Positions 39,101 through 49,000 of a DNA stretch of 64,000 bases are shown here, in pieces. The stretch covers positions 18,538,001 to 18,602,000 of the forward strand of contig CM120640.1 of NCBI GenBank assembly GCA_051362555.1, read 5' to 3'. Made by a program: the position numbers and the translations under genes. The DNA comes from Lingula anatina (taxonomy: Eukaryota; Animalia; Brachiopoda). Numbering within the stretch: the stretch's first letter is position 1; each line of letters begins with the position of its first letter. The notes below the pieces were generated by a model. It was not told the DNA's origin, did no database searches, and saw only the letters and a list, made by a program, of their open reading frames with translations.

Positions 39101-42100
39101 GCCTAAATTCACTAAAAATGACCCAATCACGCTGATTTTCGAACTTGACCTGCGTATTATGAATATTCATCAGTTCTATAAGTTTCAAGCCAAAAGGTAA
39201 AATGGTTTTCCACTTATTGTGTTATCGGTGCTGCATATATGCTGAAAAAAGTGAAAAAACAGCATAAATTCCCTATAAGTGACCCGATCATGCTGATTTT
39301 CGAACTTGACCTGCGTATTACGAATATTCATCAGTTCTGTAAGTTTCAAGCCAAAAGAAAAAACAGTTTTCCACTTATCGTGTTATCGGTAAAAGTGCAC
39401 GGCGACGGCGACGGCGCCGACAGACGCAGATGATGGCTATATGTACAGACACATCTGTGTCTGTACATAAAAAGTGAAAAAACAGCATAAATTCCCTATA
39501 AGTGACCCGATCATGCCGATTTTCGAACTTGACCTGCGTATTATGAATATTCATTAGTTCTGTAAGTTTCAAGCCAAAAGGTAAAATGGTTTTCCACTTA
39601 TCGTGTTATCGGTGCTGCATATATGCTGAAAAAAGTGAAAAACAGCATTACTTCCCTAAAAATGACCCGATCATGCTGATTTTCGAACTTGACCTGCGTA
39701 TTATGAATATTCATCAGTTCTGTAAGTTTCAAGCCAAAAGAAAAAACAGTTTTCCACTTATCGTGTTATCGGTAAAAGTGCACGGCGACGGCGACGACGG
39801 CGACGGCGACGACAGACGCAGATGATGGCTATATGTACAGACACATCTGTGTCTGTACATAAAAATCTTTACTTCCCCCGATCATGATATCTTACCCGTA
39901 GAACAGGATCTCCTAAAGTGTGCCCTTCAACAATTTGCTCTTTTTTGTACCGTCCTATTATGGCCCTAATACTGAAACAAGGAGCATCAGAATCACCATT
40001 CAATGAAGCCATCCTATTCTTTTGTCTTTCCACTACAAAATATTCACATAGATCACATATTTTGGATCAAGTGTAACTGTGATAATTTCCTAAAGAGTTC
40101 CAGAGAAGTAATTTAATATCAAATATTGAAATCTTGAGAAGGACATGATTGTCAAAGCACAATGATTTGGAAAATAATTTGCCAATAAGCCAGCTTCAAC
40201 TGACAGATGGAAAAGTGGCAAATTAGTACAGCAATATTTTGGGACCCATTACCTAGCCCAAATTTCTAAAGATAGTTTACAATACAACTGCTTCATTTAG
40301 TAGGATGACTGAGAATGTGTGACAAAGTACTTTTTGTAATTCTTGTCACAGTGGTATTTAGACTTTCATCAACACACCAGAAGACATTATAGAAACATAC
40401 CTTTCAAAATATCTTCCTCCTAAGGCAAACTGGCTCCCTTTTCTGGATATTTTAAACTTCTGAATTTGATTTTCAACATAAAAATACAGTGTGAAGTCAC
40501 CAGGTGACATTTCACTTGGTCTGACCAGAAAACTACCAGGACCAGCTGTAAAAAAGTTAGATCACATTAAAACAAATGATCAAACTCAACAACTCTTTCT
40601 TCATCTCAATTATTTGACCAATATATATTACTGAATGAAAAGATATAATTAATTACTGCAATCTGATGTCTTACCTTGACCAAGTTTCTGTGAGACCTCT
40701 TGTTTCGTAATACTCGGATGAAACCAAAGATTGTTTTCCACAAGATCAACACTGCCATTCTAAATATTAAAAGACAAACATTGTGCTTCCTTTAACAAGA
40801 ATATTTGGACGAGTTGAGGATTTAGCATCTAACAGTCACAGTGAGCTATTCAGAAACAAACCAGAATAGCAATAAGAATTTAACCGACCGCTGCCTGTTT
40901 TTGTAATTGTACAAATAACAATCATGCTATAAACAATATAATGAAAAAGCAAAATATTCTTACCAGATCTTCGACCAGCTCTTGGTACACAATGCCACTC
41001 TCTTTAGTTCTAAGAGATGTTACCCATATCCAGCCATCCCCTAATTCATTATGTACCAAGAATACATCACCTTTTTCGAAGCTGAAAGAAAATAATTCAG
41101 ATTATCTATAAATAATTATGCTGACTGAAAAGAAATATATGGTACATTGGATCACTGAGGCTCTTTTTTTGGGACTAATGACTGCAACAATGGATTGTTG
41201 CTGGATTTCATGAGAAGGCCAGTGATAGATGTAATGTCTTTGCTTCTGTGACATCACACTACTGGACCTATGAGAACAGTCATTCTCTCATACTTCAATA
41301 ATAATTAATGTTTTCATCATAAGTATCAAACAACATTACTGAACAGGTCAAGTGACAAGCTGCAGCAATTAGATATAGAATAGGCATGCATCCATTTTCA
41401 AATCTCTTGATTCTTAAAAAAGATCAAATTTTTATTTCTATAATAGTGAATCTGGCAGTGAAGAAAGGGTGTAAATTTTGGAAATCATTTTTCTCGTTAA
41501 CATTTTACCTTAATTCATCTGTATCAGGTATTTTGTTGTAAGGTAATATTGCAATAACTCGCCGCTTATCATCTACAGGCTGAAATGATAATCATATTTA
41601 AAAATCACACAAGTAATTGGAATCCTATTAATATCCATAAGAACAAAAACAAATTATTTTCATAAAATGTAATCATTAAGCTATCTTTATTTTTCTACTG
41701 TTGATTACTCATTTCATTAAATTTTTTATATTTCAGTCTTCTTCATTTAACATTTTATATGTCATGATATTTCATTAAAAAAATTTAATTAATATGTTAC
41801 AATGAAATATTTTATGTCTAAGTAACTAAAACTGTATTTTTTCATTAATGAAATATATGACATATCCCTTCTTTTATGAAATATAGTATGTTTACATGAT
41901 AACTACAACTGAACTTACTTCTGGGGGAGGAATGGGCATTTTTAACCGTTCCCCTTTTAAAAGATCTGATACCTTGGTATAATACCCAATCAAATCTGAC
42001 AGGGAATCAAACTGGCGCCCTCCTATATAATAATCTCCACACATGGCAGTAATTCTGAAAAGAATATGTTTTTATTAAACTCATAAACTGGCAAGAATTT

Positions 42101-44053
42101 TTCCATTATTTCCACATTAGCACAATCTACTTATGCAACTATTATCTCAATATGAAACAAGTGTTAGCTTACTTATAACTGGGGCAAACGTTTCAACATT
42201 ACAGTGAACATAATTCTGATGAATGATATAAATGTTGAAAACATATTCACTTAACCTTTACTGTGATTTGTATAGCCCTGTGATAATTGGGACTTTCCTT
42301 TCATCCAATATAACAAATTAGCACCTCAAACGACAGTAAGGATATCAATATGCAAAAATTTTGCTAGCTGCAAATTCTTTTAACTAGTCCAATAAAACAC
42401 ATTTTTTTAGAATCTTGACATAATGAATATCACGTTCATATTAAGAATGCTTATATTCCAAATGATAAGGCAGAAAATTTAGAGAACAGCTGATGAATTA
42501 TTCAGATAATGTGGGTGTCACATAATTTTACCATGGGTCAGTCAGACAAGTGATTTGTTCTATTTTTGTTTTGCTGATATTCAGTTTTTTTGCCAAGAGA
42601 CCAGTGTTAATTCCCAACACTGCACTTCAAAAATGCACGGAATTCATGTGTTACCACTCCTATTTTACATTTTCTGATATACACTTTAAGTGCTATTGCA
42701 TGAATGATATAGACAATATACATTGCCATTTATGGACATCTGAACATGTGAAGTAAGTCAAATTATGGCACAAGATTTTACCTGACAGAAAGATTCTGTG
42801 CAGAACTGTAAACAAAGGAAGTTGCTTGGCCCACATGGTAATCTGATAGTTTGTTTCGAAGAAGGAAACAATCACTGATATACCTCCCACATTCAGAAGT
42901 CCATTAATTACAGTCTTCAATGGATGTATGATTTAATGGAATTTTTTTACTACACTTCCCAGTTGATTTTATTTATAATTGTTATCAAGTGCACGTTTTA
43001 TAGTAAACTGTTTTGGATCTAAATTACCTTACATCTTAATTGCCTTCAGTCTCTTGGGACAAACGTGCCTAAAAGTTGATACTAATTTGTTGCCCAATCA
43101 CCAAACAATATAATATACCTGAAGTGGTTGATTCCAGTTTCTCCAAGAAATGAGAGGACATATTGACCATGTTTTCTTTCAGACTCCCTTATCAAATAGG
43201 AGCCATTCTCTCCCTTTGTGCGTAATCTATCTTCAGCAGTTTGTCTGTCCAGACGGCCATGGTACCACCTGATCGAAGATAGACGATCTATCATAATTCG
43301 CAACATAATATAGATAATGCATGCATGTGCTTTATTAAATAACAGCTTTCTAGTGTGGAAACAACAATATAGAAACTCACATTGAAATCATTAAACCCCC
43401 AAATATTTTTGATCTTTTATTACAAAAGATTATATGATCAATATTCCATGTTCAAAAACTTCTTTAATGTCACCAGATACTGTACTAATGGTAACGATTA
43501 TAAATATTACATTAAAAGTAACAAATTCACTAAACATGCTAGTATGCTGCATGAAATTAATCTTCCATTCTGCAGAAAGCATTACAAAAGATGTGAAGTC
43601 CAAGCATTAGTTGAGATTTCCACACTACTCAATTTTTTATATAGTAAATATATCATAATTAAAATAAATTCGGCCATAAACTCGGTCATAAAAGTATGCT
43701 GAAAATTTCCATGTACGTGCCAACAGCACCCCACCCCCTCAATCTAGACTAAAAACAATGTTTAATTAATTAAGCGCAGTATAATCGTCTCATGAAAGGC
43801 TTAATGTATTTTACATGAATATTTTACAAACCAACTTCGACCAGGCCACGAATAGGAATGAGTGAAACTCGGGCGGCAAGCAGGGGAGAAATTATCGAAT
43901 CAACCACGGTGCAAAAGACACTTACTGTGATTCGGGCGGTGCGGCTAGAGACACGTCCAAGTTTTCATCCACTCTTTCTACTTCTCCTGAATAAGGGTCA
44001 AACTCTTCTGTTAATTCTGCAGGGTCAGACGTGTCTCCTGGAGGTTCGGCCAT
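15110..44053 (-). CDS. RASA1: Ras GTPase-activating protein 1 (p120 RasGAP); 24 coding exons, first 44053-43926, last 15184-15110; intron 8 = 39895-23970
   Basis: SH2 (WYHGRLDR...GSYLIRES...HFRITAMCGDYYIGGRQF), SH3 (RRVIAILPYNKIPDTDELSFEKGD), SH2 (WFH...GSFLVRPS), PH (KGFLNKK..NKWKNMHFVL, KPKGLIDLS), C2 (PHPYC...PNPVWEDEF), GAP (LFRATSFATTLMD, SGFIFLRLLCPALLNP, AKSLQNLANLVEFGAKEPFM), end HSLKRLVTVTDMLTKHKQHYLGNL*. All junctions are GT-AG and in phase. Confidence 0.97.
15286..15575. mobile_element. MITE with long TIRs (GGGGCC termini, Harbinger-like) in the last RASA1 intron
   Basis: GGGGCCATTCAGATTAGATGATTCAAGTAC ... GTACTCGGATCATCTATTCTGAATGGCCCC, with ~100-bp imperfect arms and AAA on both flanks; second copy at 46348. 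Confidence 0.85.
19065..19185 (+). mobile_element. Possible SINE 3' fragment
   Basis: GC-richer intronic patch (GCCTCCTCTGGGCCCCAATTAGTGTGCACAGGTAC) ending in a short ATTT repeat; recognised only tentatively. Confidence 0.3.
24409..24625. repeat. Palindromic MITE-like element carried inside each tandem unit (also ~27679-27895 and ~33473-33689)
   Basis: Left arm ...GGATCAATCCAACTCCAAGGGGTTTCTCACTAAATTGC pairs with right arm GCAATTTAGCGAGAATTCCCATGGAGATAGATCGATCC... Confidence 0.7.
26133..26780. repeat. Satellite array, 4 x ~160-bp monomers (unit 1)
   Basis: GCTGAAAAAAGTGAAAAACAGC...AACTTGACCTGCGTATTATGAATATTCATCAG...GCATATAT recurs at 26295, 26455, 26616 and 26776. Confidence 0.95.
28693..31207 (-). 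mobile_element. 5'-truncated non-LTR retrotransposon (CR1/L2 group), copy 1
   Basis: Boundaries set by the empty site at ~25421; 3' UTR ends AATAAACGTTGTTTAAAAAAA; no endonuclease domain or ORF1. Confidence 0.93.
28911..31169 (-). CDS. LINE ORF2 remnant: reverse transcriptase plus C-terminal Cys/His motif (752 aa)
   Basis: KANGPD, NYRPISLLS..SKILER, QSGF, VFLDIEAAFDRV, VPQGSILGPLLFLIYINDL, YADD, KHLG, CTCGALETPLHFFFRC. Confidence 0.93.
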   Translation of the reverse strand: MRIKPSERNENNYKNQAIKVKELIIKTKESFLNSKIESLDNKGDDSKSYWTVMKNILGKQRSSSIPILNNPRNGSVASTDQEKADEFLSYFSSMYHSDSVANVGEILFPVRTDASLSQIQSTISEIKSIIDDLDPSKANGPDLITVKMIKLTKNSVVKPLNILFNAIIQSNTFPNIWKIAEICPIFKKDDKKSISNYRPISLLSIISKILERIIYNRVINFILNNKLLYPKQSGFLKGHSTEHQLLAIHNLITSNSINGYDTRGVFLDIEAAFDRVPHSLLLLKLKSYGLTGKLHALLSSYLTNRRVKVRVGGKSSNLSKGGYINTSVPQGSILGPLLFLIYINDLPDGLSTDCFIYADDTSLFMPSRRGDVDSHAILQGDLRTIENWSNKWKLNFKPAKCREIIFGKENDNSTYPELYINNTMIPRTKSHKHLGLVLDSKLNFNDHTDYVCEKVQRAVNALKPLYCKVRSKHLNVIYNAFIQSQFDYCDIFYHNSLQKKLSKLSSLQYQAGKIVLGALPSSCTSKIFEQLNWISLFDRRKMHAQKIMFSVMANLVPSYVSDIFRPFRNPFPIITRENNKRDFKLPPKYPRTSVNYFLMSSWDQLSSSTKSLPSISSFKNSIKKHLTAGSLSTTTLNLNRNHEKILNRARVGCLFRAELFRHNWTTIDTPHCTCGALETPLHFFFRCPLLNSKYPPLYQKINETLHASKTSFKTQKEKLSLFLYGHKSLSPTQNEIIFDTVANFLLVNFVIT
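31927..32574. repeat. Satellite array, 4 x ~160-bp monomers (unit 2)
   Basis: Same monomer as 26133-26780. Confidence 0.95.
34487..37001 (-). mobile_element. 5'-truncated CR1/L2-group LINE, copy 2 (tandem duplicate, offset 5794 bp)
   Basis: Same junctions and same translated ORF as copy 1. Confidence 0.93.
34705..36963 (-). CDS. LINE ORF2 remnant: reverse transcriptase (752 aa), identical protein to 28911-31169
   Basis: ORF-track translation is identical; YADD and PQGS motifs present. Confidence 0.93.
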   Translation of the reverse strand: MRIKPSERNENNYKNQAIKVKELIIKTKESFLNSKIESLDNKGDDSKSYWTVMKNILGKQRSSSIPILNNPRNGSVASTDQEKADEFLSYFSSMYHSDSVANVGEILFPVRTDASLSQIQSTISEIKSIIDDLDPSKANGPDLITVKMIKLTKNSVVKPLNILFNAIIQSNTFPNIWKIAEICPIFKKDDKKSISNYRPISLLSIISKILERIIYNRVINFILNNKLLYPKQSGFLKGHSTEHQLLAIHNLITSNSINGYDTRGVFLDIEAAFDRVPHSLLLLKLKSYGLTGKLHALLSSYLTNRRVKVRVGGKSSNLSKGGYINTSVPQGSILGPLLFLIYINDLPDGLSTDCFIYADDTSLFMPSRRGDVDSHAILQGDLRTIENWSNKWKLNFKPAKCREIIFGKENDNSTYPELYINNTMIPRTKSHKHLGLVLDSKLNFNDHTDYVCEKVQRAVNALKPLYCKVRSKHLNVIYNAFIQSQFDYCDIFYHNSLQKKLSKLSSLQYQAGKIVLGALPSSCTSKIFEQLNWISLFDRRKMHAQKIMFSVMANLVPSYVSDIFRPFRNPFPIITRENNKRDFKLPPKYPRTSVNYFLMSSWDQLSSSTKSLPSISSFKNSIKKHLTAGSLSTTTLNLNRNHEKILNRARVGCLFRAELFRHNWTTIDTPHCTCGALETPLHFFFRCPLLNSKYPPLYQKINETLHASKTSFKTQKEKLSLFLYGHKSLSPTQNEIIFDTVANFLLVNFVIT
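37721..38369. repeat. Satellite array, 4 x ~160-bp monomers (unit 3)
   Basis: Same monomer. Confidence 0.95.
38920..39775. repeat. Terminal satellite array (~5 monomers) interrupted by an internal copy of the element end
   Basis: Monomers continue on both sides of the microsatellite + hairpin block at 39395-39470. Confidence 0.9.
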
Positions 44054-44084
44054 GTTATTGCCCCTGCACCCATTTCAGACCGCA

Positions 44085-44200
44085 GTCACAAATTGGACGA
44101 ATTTGATTGGCTGAAAGTAATGCGGTCAAAGGTACTGTTCCTTTTTGTTTATAGTTATTTGTTTACTTCCTGTTTAAAATTTTTTTCCAAACGCGTTCAT
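44085..44200 (-). promoter_or_regulatory. Probable RASA1 core promoter
   Basis: Two ATTGG (CCAAT) boxes at ~44091 and ~44106, and ETS-type ACTTCCTGTT at ~44165, just upstream of the ATG. Confidence 0.5.
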
Positions 44201-44655
44201 GTATCACAAAATGTGCATTGATATAAACGAAGTTGTTATATCAAAAGAAGAAGAAGGAATAAATGAATTAATTTCAATTTCTTTCTAAATATACATGCAC
44301 GAGTTATTAAGGGCTTTGGTGCAATTTTTGAAAATTTGCTGTAAATGTTAAGAGTAGTCCCACATCTTTCACATATTTCACTAAAGGACTTTTTACTCTT
44401 ATTAGCTTTCAAATTTGGACTTAATAAAACCTCGAGCCAATACAGACAGCTGGTGTTGTATTTTTTAAATAATTTTTTATGCTGAGGGTAAAAACATGAA
44501 AAATATATAATAAATCTTCAATATGGCCCTGATATTTGGCATCAGGGGTTATTCTATCACTTTTCTTTTAAACATATTTCATAGTTGAAGAGCAAACATA
44601 AGTTAGGTTTGGAATTTTTTTGGGACTTGCATCAACACCAAAAGATTATTCTTAA

Positions 44656-45003
44656 AAGGATAACAACTGTTCATTTTTAATTGTCAAAAAATGAATTTTC
44701 CTGGGGTGGACGACAATTTTCCCATACTTACCATTGGTTAATGAATACATTTTAACATTCAGAGTTAGTCCCTGGTTTTTTTCTAAAAAGTTTTTTTTTT
44801 TTTTTTTTTGTGATAATCTCTTAAGAGATTATTACAGAGTATAGTCATCTATGGAGGTCACGTGGTCGGATGACAAGCACATATTTCAGATTTATTGCTA
44901 TTACTGTCATTTATCTGGTAAAATAGAATATATTATATTTCTATGAGTTGTTTACAATGTATTTATTGTGAAATATAGATCTCATACGAAGAGTTGTTAC
45001 CCT
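44656..45003. mobile_element. Kolobok-type MITE, copy A
   Basis: TTAA-AAGGATAACAAC ... GTTGTTACCCT-TTAA; homologous along its length to 47027-47351. Confidence 0.8.
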
Positions 45004-46080
45004 TTAATCTTTTTGTTTTGTAAGCCTCATAAAATATGACCACTTAATGTTTATCATTTACAGGTGTTGCTTAAAATGAAGATCATTATTTCAAAATGTG
45101 TTCTCTAACAATCTATGAAAAAAAAAGTGAAATAAGAGCAGCTAGCAAAACAAGTGTTTGTAGTTAATTCAGTGTTAATACAATATGAAAGACTTATGGT
45201 ATAGCTCACATTCTTCAACATCAAAATCTTTTGAAGTGAAATATTCAACATAACTTAATAATATATATTGTAAATAAATGGTGATTACAAATGCACACTG
45301 GAAATTTTTCAATATGAGCTTCAAATAATGTAACAATTTGTTATCCAATAAAAAAGTGCCACAATTTGTTTTCAAATTATGACTATGATCTTCCATCTAA
45401 TTAAATGCTTATTGTAAGAGGGGTTTCCTTTTTTTAGAGGGAAAATATTTAAAAATTATAAATTGCCAACTTTGTCCATGATCTTGCCAGAAGAGCTGAA
45501 CCACTGAATGCATTAAAGGTGTACAGTGTAAGATTTTCCTGTGAAAAACTTTACAAATTTTCCTGGGGTAAAAAGTATAATTTTTCACTAGCCATAACTT
45601 TAAAAATCTGAGATAATTAAAAGGTCCTTAACCAACACATAAGTGATGCTGTTTTATGGAAGGTTTCAAGAATTCTGTGTTTGTCAGAAACCAAAAAAAA
45701 AAAAAAAAAAAAAAATACTGTACGATGTCAGTATAACATAATAACTTTTTTATTCTCTCGTTATGTCTACACAACCAATGTAGGTTGTGTCATTTTCATG
45801 CTGACCATACTGTAAAGCAGACAAGTTGCTTTCAGACCCAGTCACTTGATACACAAGCACAATATACCAAAACATGATTTCATGTAGTACAACAAACTGT
45901 TTAATTGAACATCAAATATGTTTGAACTGTCAAGAAATGGTACAAGATTTAAGTTGATTTTTGTTTAAATTAATTACCACTGTTCAAAACAATGAATATT
46001 CCTTACAAAAATGATTATGTATCTATGAGTCCTCTACTATAAAGAAATATTTCAACATGATCATTTATTCTTTCATTTCA

Positions 46081-49000
46081 TCAAATGCACGTCTTCCAAT
46101 TTTTATTTTTGTTGATTGTAGGAGGAATCCTCAAGTGGCTACCTGAAATTTAAAATAAAATGACTTAATGATGCATTGCTTGTTGTAACCCAAGTCTATG
46201 ATAACATCAAAATCAATTCAAGATACATGCTAGTAGAATTGTCCTCTTATATATTAAAATGTTAAGTATGAGTTAACTAAATAATTATAAAACTTCATGG
46301 TGTTGATGGCTAGCCATCACATATCCCGCAATTCGCCACATAAATGTGGCCATTCAGAATAGATGATCCGAGTACTTACTGATCTGCTGACTAAATATGG
46401 CCGACCACACTTCAAAAGCAGTGCCGCCAATTCCAGATGGTCTCCCTGCCTCCACACCTGTCATTAAATGGATTAAATCTTGGCTCAGAGGTTTAATTGC
46501 TAGGTCCCTGCAGCGACAGCGCATGTGGAGGCAGGGAGACTATCATGTTGGTGGCATCGTTTATATCTTTCTGTCAATCAATGTTCTCACTCCAATGGTA
46601 TAGGAGGAGATAGCAAAAATAATGAGAAAAATAGAATCATCTGCTCACAGGGGGAAAACCAAACCCCAGACAGCACTAAAATTCAGACGGGGCAATGAAC
46701 ACCTCTGATGAAATGTCTATCAATCACTTATTATAAGTTCCAACTTCCTTATTCTAATGATCTCAGGGGAGACAGCGGAAAATTATAAATGCATGGACAA
46801 ATGGACACACGGGCAGGTGATATAACATGATCCCTGAATTTTGTCACAAAAATGCATGGATAATATTTTTCCATATCCATCTTACCTAACTGTGGCTCAT
46901 CTCTTGGTTGCCTTTCCTGTTGCATAGACTGTAGAATGCTATTCACCGTTGCATCTGGTCCAGTTATCTAAAGACAGAGAAAAACAATAAATGTTAACTT
47001 TAAAACTAAGGCTGTCAAAACATTAAAGGGATAATAACTCTTCGTTTCAGCCAAAAAATGAATTTTCCTGGAGTAAACAACAATTTCCCCATACTTACCA
47101 ATGGGTAATGAATCCATTTTTACATTCAAAGTTAGTCCCTGGTTTTTTTCTAAAAAGTTTGGTTTTTTGTTAAGAGATTTTAACAGAGTATAGCCATCAA
47201 TGGAGGTCACGTGGTCTAAAGACAAGCTCAGATATCAGAATAATAACTATAACTGCCGTTTTTGTGGTAAAACAATATATTATTTTTCTATGAGTTATTC
47301 ACAATGTTTTTATTGTGAAATATAGATCTCAAACAAAGAGATATTATCCCTTTAATTTTATTATGCGTATTACAGGTTTTAATAATAAGATATTTAATTA
47401 TCTACAAAACACAAAAAATGTGCACAAAAATGTATATACTTAGTAAATACAAATAAGGGGGTCCCATTTCCACTCACTGGGCACTATATTTTTCATGGTC
47501 CCTGAGAGATTGTGCACTATTTGTTTATAAGCTGTTGTGAGAATAAACCATTGTTTTATAAAAAATATACATATATATTAACAACCATCATCAAATTAAA
47601 TCTTAATCAACTATCAACAAATTAAATCTTAATGTAGAACAAAAGCAGGATTGTGGTGACAAAATGTCACAATATAGCATACAAAGAAAATTCCTACCAG
47701 CTGACTGGTTTGATTCGTGCCCTCCATACTGCCATCCCATATTGTAGGTATCGACCTTTCAATGAGCTGCAGCAACTGGTCAAAGTTTTTCTGTAGTTTA
47801 CTGGCTTGGTCTTCATAATCAAACATCACAAGCATATGCAGAAGACTTTTTATTTCATCTGAAGTAAACAATTGTTATCAGAAATTTGTAAGTAATCCTT
47901 TCATATCACAAATTGAATAATTGGGCTAGATGCAAGTCTGATTTTCCCACACTGCTATTTAACCAATACTTTAATTGCTTAATTTGTTAAACACAAATCA
48001 ATACACATAAGTAAAAACAAATGAAAATGTGACAAATTTAGCTGTCTGCATCCTGTGCTTACCTTTCATCTGCTCTGTGCAAGTTATATAGTTGGACAAA
48101 GCTTCCACTAAGGCCAAGTCTTCGTGTGCACTGCCTTCTTTTAGGCTCCACTTTTTTCTTTCGGTTTTTCTGCGATTTTTAGATGACTTTCTGAAAAGTT
48201 TTAAACAAAAAAAATTAAATATAATCATCAAGATTCTGAAAACAGTGTTCATCACATTAATACTAATATTTCACCAGAAGCTGTAGCAAATAAGTGCTTT
48301 CAAGAGAAGAGTTTAACCTAAAATAAAAACAGCCAGCCATAGCAGAGTACAAATCAAACAGATGAGCCAGATATTTTTGAATTTTAACATTATTTTATTG
48401 TTATTATTTGGTAAATAAATATAAGTGATATCCAAACTAATAATGAGATCTCAGTATGAATAAGAAAGTGAAAGTGACCTACCCTGATGTCCTGGAGGCT
48501 ACTGACGACCTCTGACTACTGGTGGTGTACTTGGAGGACTGAATACTTTCCCCTGTGGCACTACTAGCATCAGAGAATAAATCTGCATCTGCATCATTAT
48601 ATGTGCCACAGCCTTCTGCAATGAAATCATTTTGATCAATTTACAAATACATCTTTATTTATACTTTTTCATTTAAACTTCTTTTATTGTTTTTTTACCA
48701 GGGCAAGAAAAAAATCTAAAGTTAAATGTGAATAAATATATCATTATATACATATATCTTTACATCATTTGCAACATTTAACCAAAGAATTATTGTGAAA
48801 GATTAAAAATATAAAAAAAACTCAACCTAGCAATTCAAGCCTCTGTCTTTCCTTTTCCTTCCTAACAATTACCAAGCGAGTTTTGTGCTTCTGAAAAACT
48901 TCTTGAGTGTCTTCTATGAAATTCAGCTGCTGCTCACACTTTTCCAATAATGCAGCTTTTAAGTTGCTTTCAATAAAATCTGTTCTTTTCCATTTGTGCA

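Larger units (their letters stand above)
24227..39865 (-). mobile_element. Composite Helentron-associated non-autonomous element (HINE/DINE-1-like) array; three tandem units starting at 24227, 27497 and 33291
   Basis: One end: AACAA-GGCAGC-AAA-GCTGTC hairpin plus subTIR ATGTACAGACA. Other end: (GGCGAC/GAC)n microsatellite, then hairpin ATGTACAGACAC-ATCT-GTGTCTGTACAT and AAAAA. Internal ~160-bp tandem repeats. This is the HINE layout (subTIR+IR, microsatellite, core repeats, subTIR, palindrome, T-rich ends) read on the minus strand. Confidence 0.8.

Noticed and set aside
39239-39825. ORFs 39239-39433, 39375-39572 and 39586-39825 (also 26051-26242)
   Set aside because: Chance frames through satellite monomers and the GGCGAC microsatellite.
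15110-44053. Possible minor (U12) or non-canonical introns in RASA1
   Set aside because: Every junction I reconstructed is ordinary GT-AG, with no RTATCCTT donor.
46630-46725. GC-richer structured-looking patch in the last ELP1 intron (possible snoRNA)
   Set aside because: I could not place convincing C/D or H/ACA boxes with terminal stems; it needs an Infernal/Rfam search.
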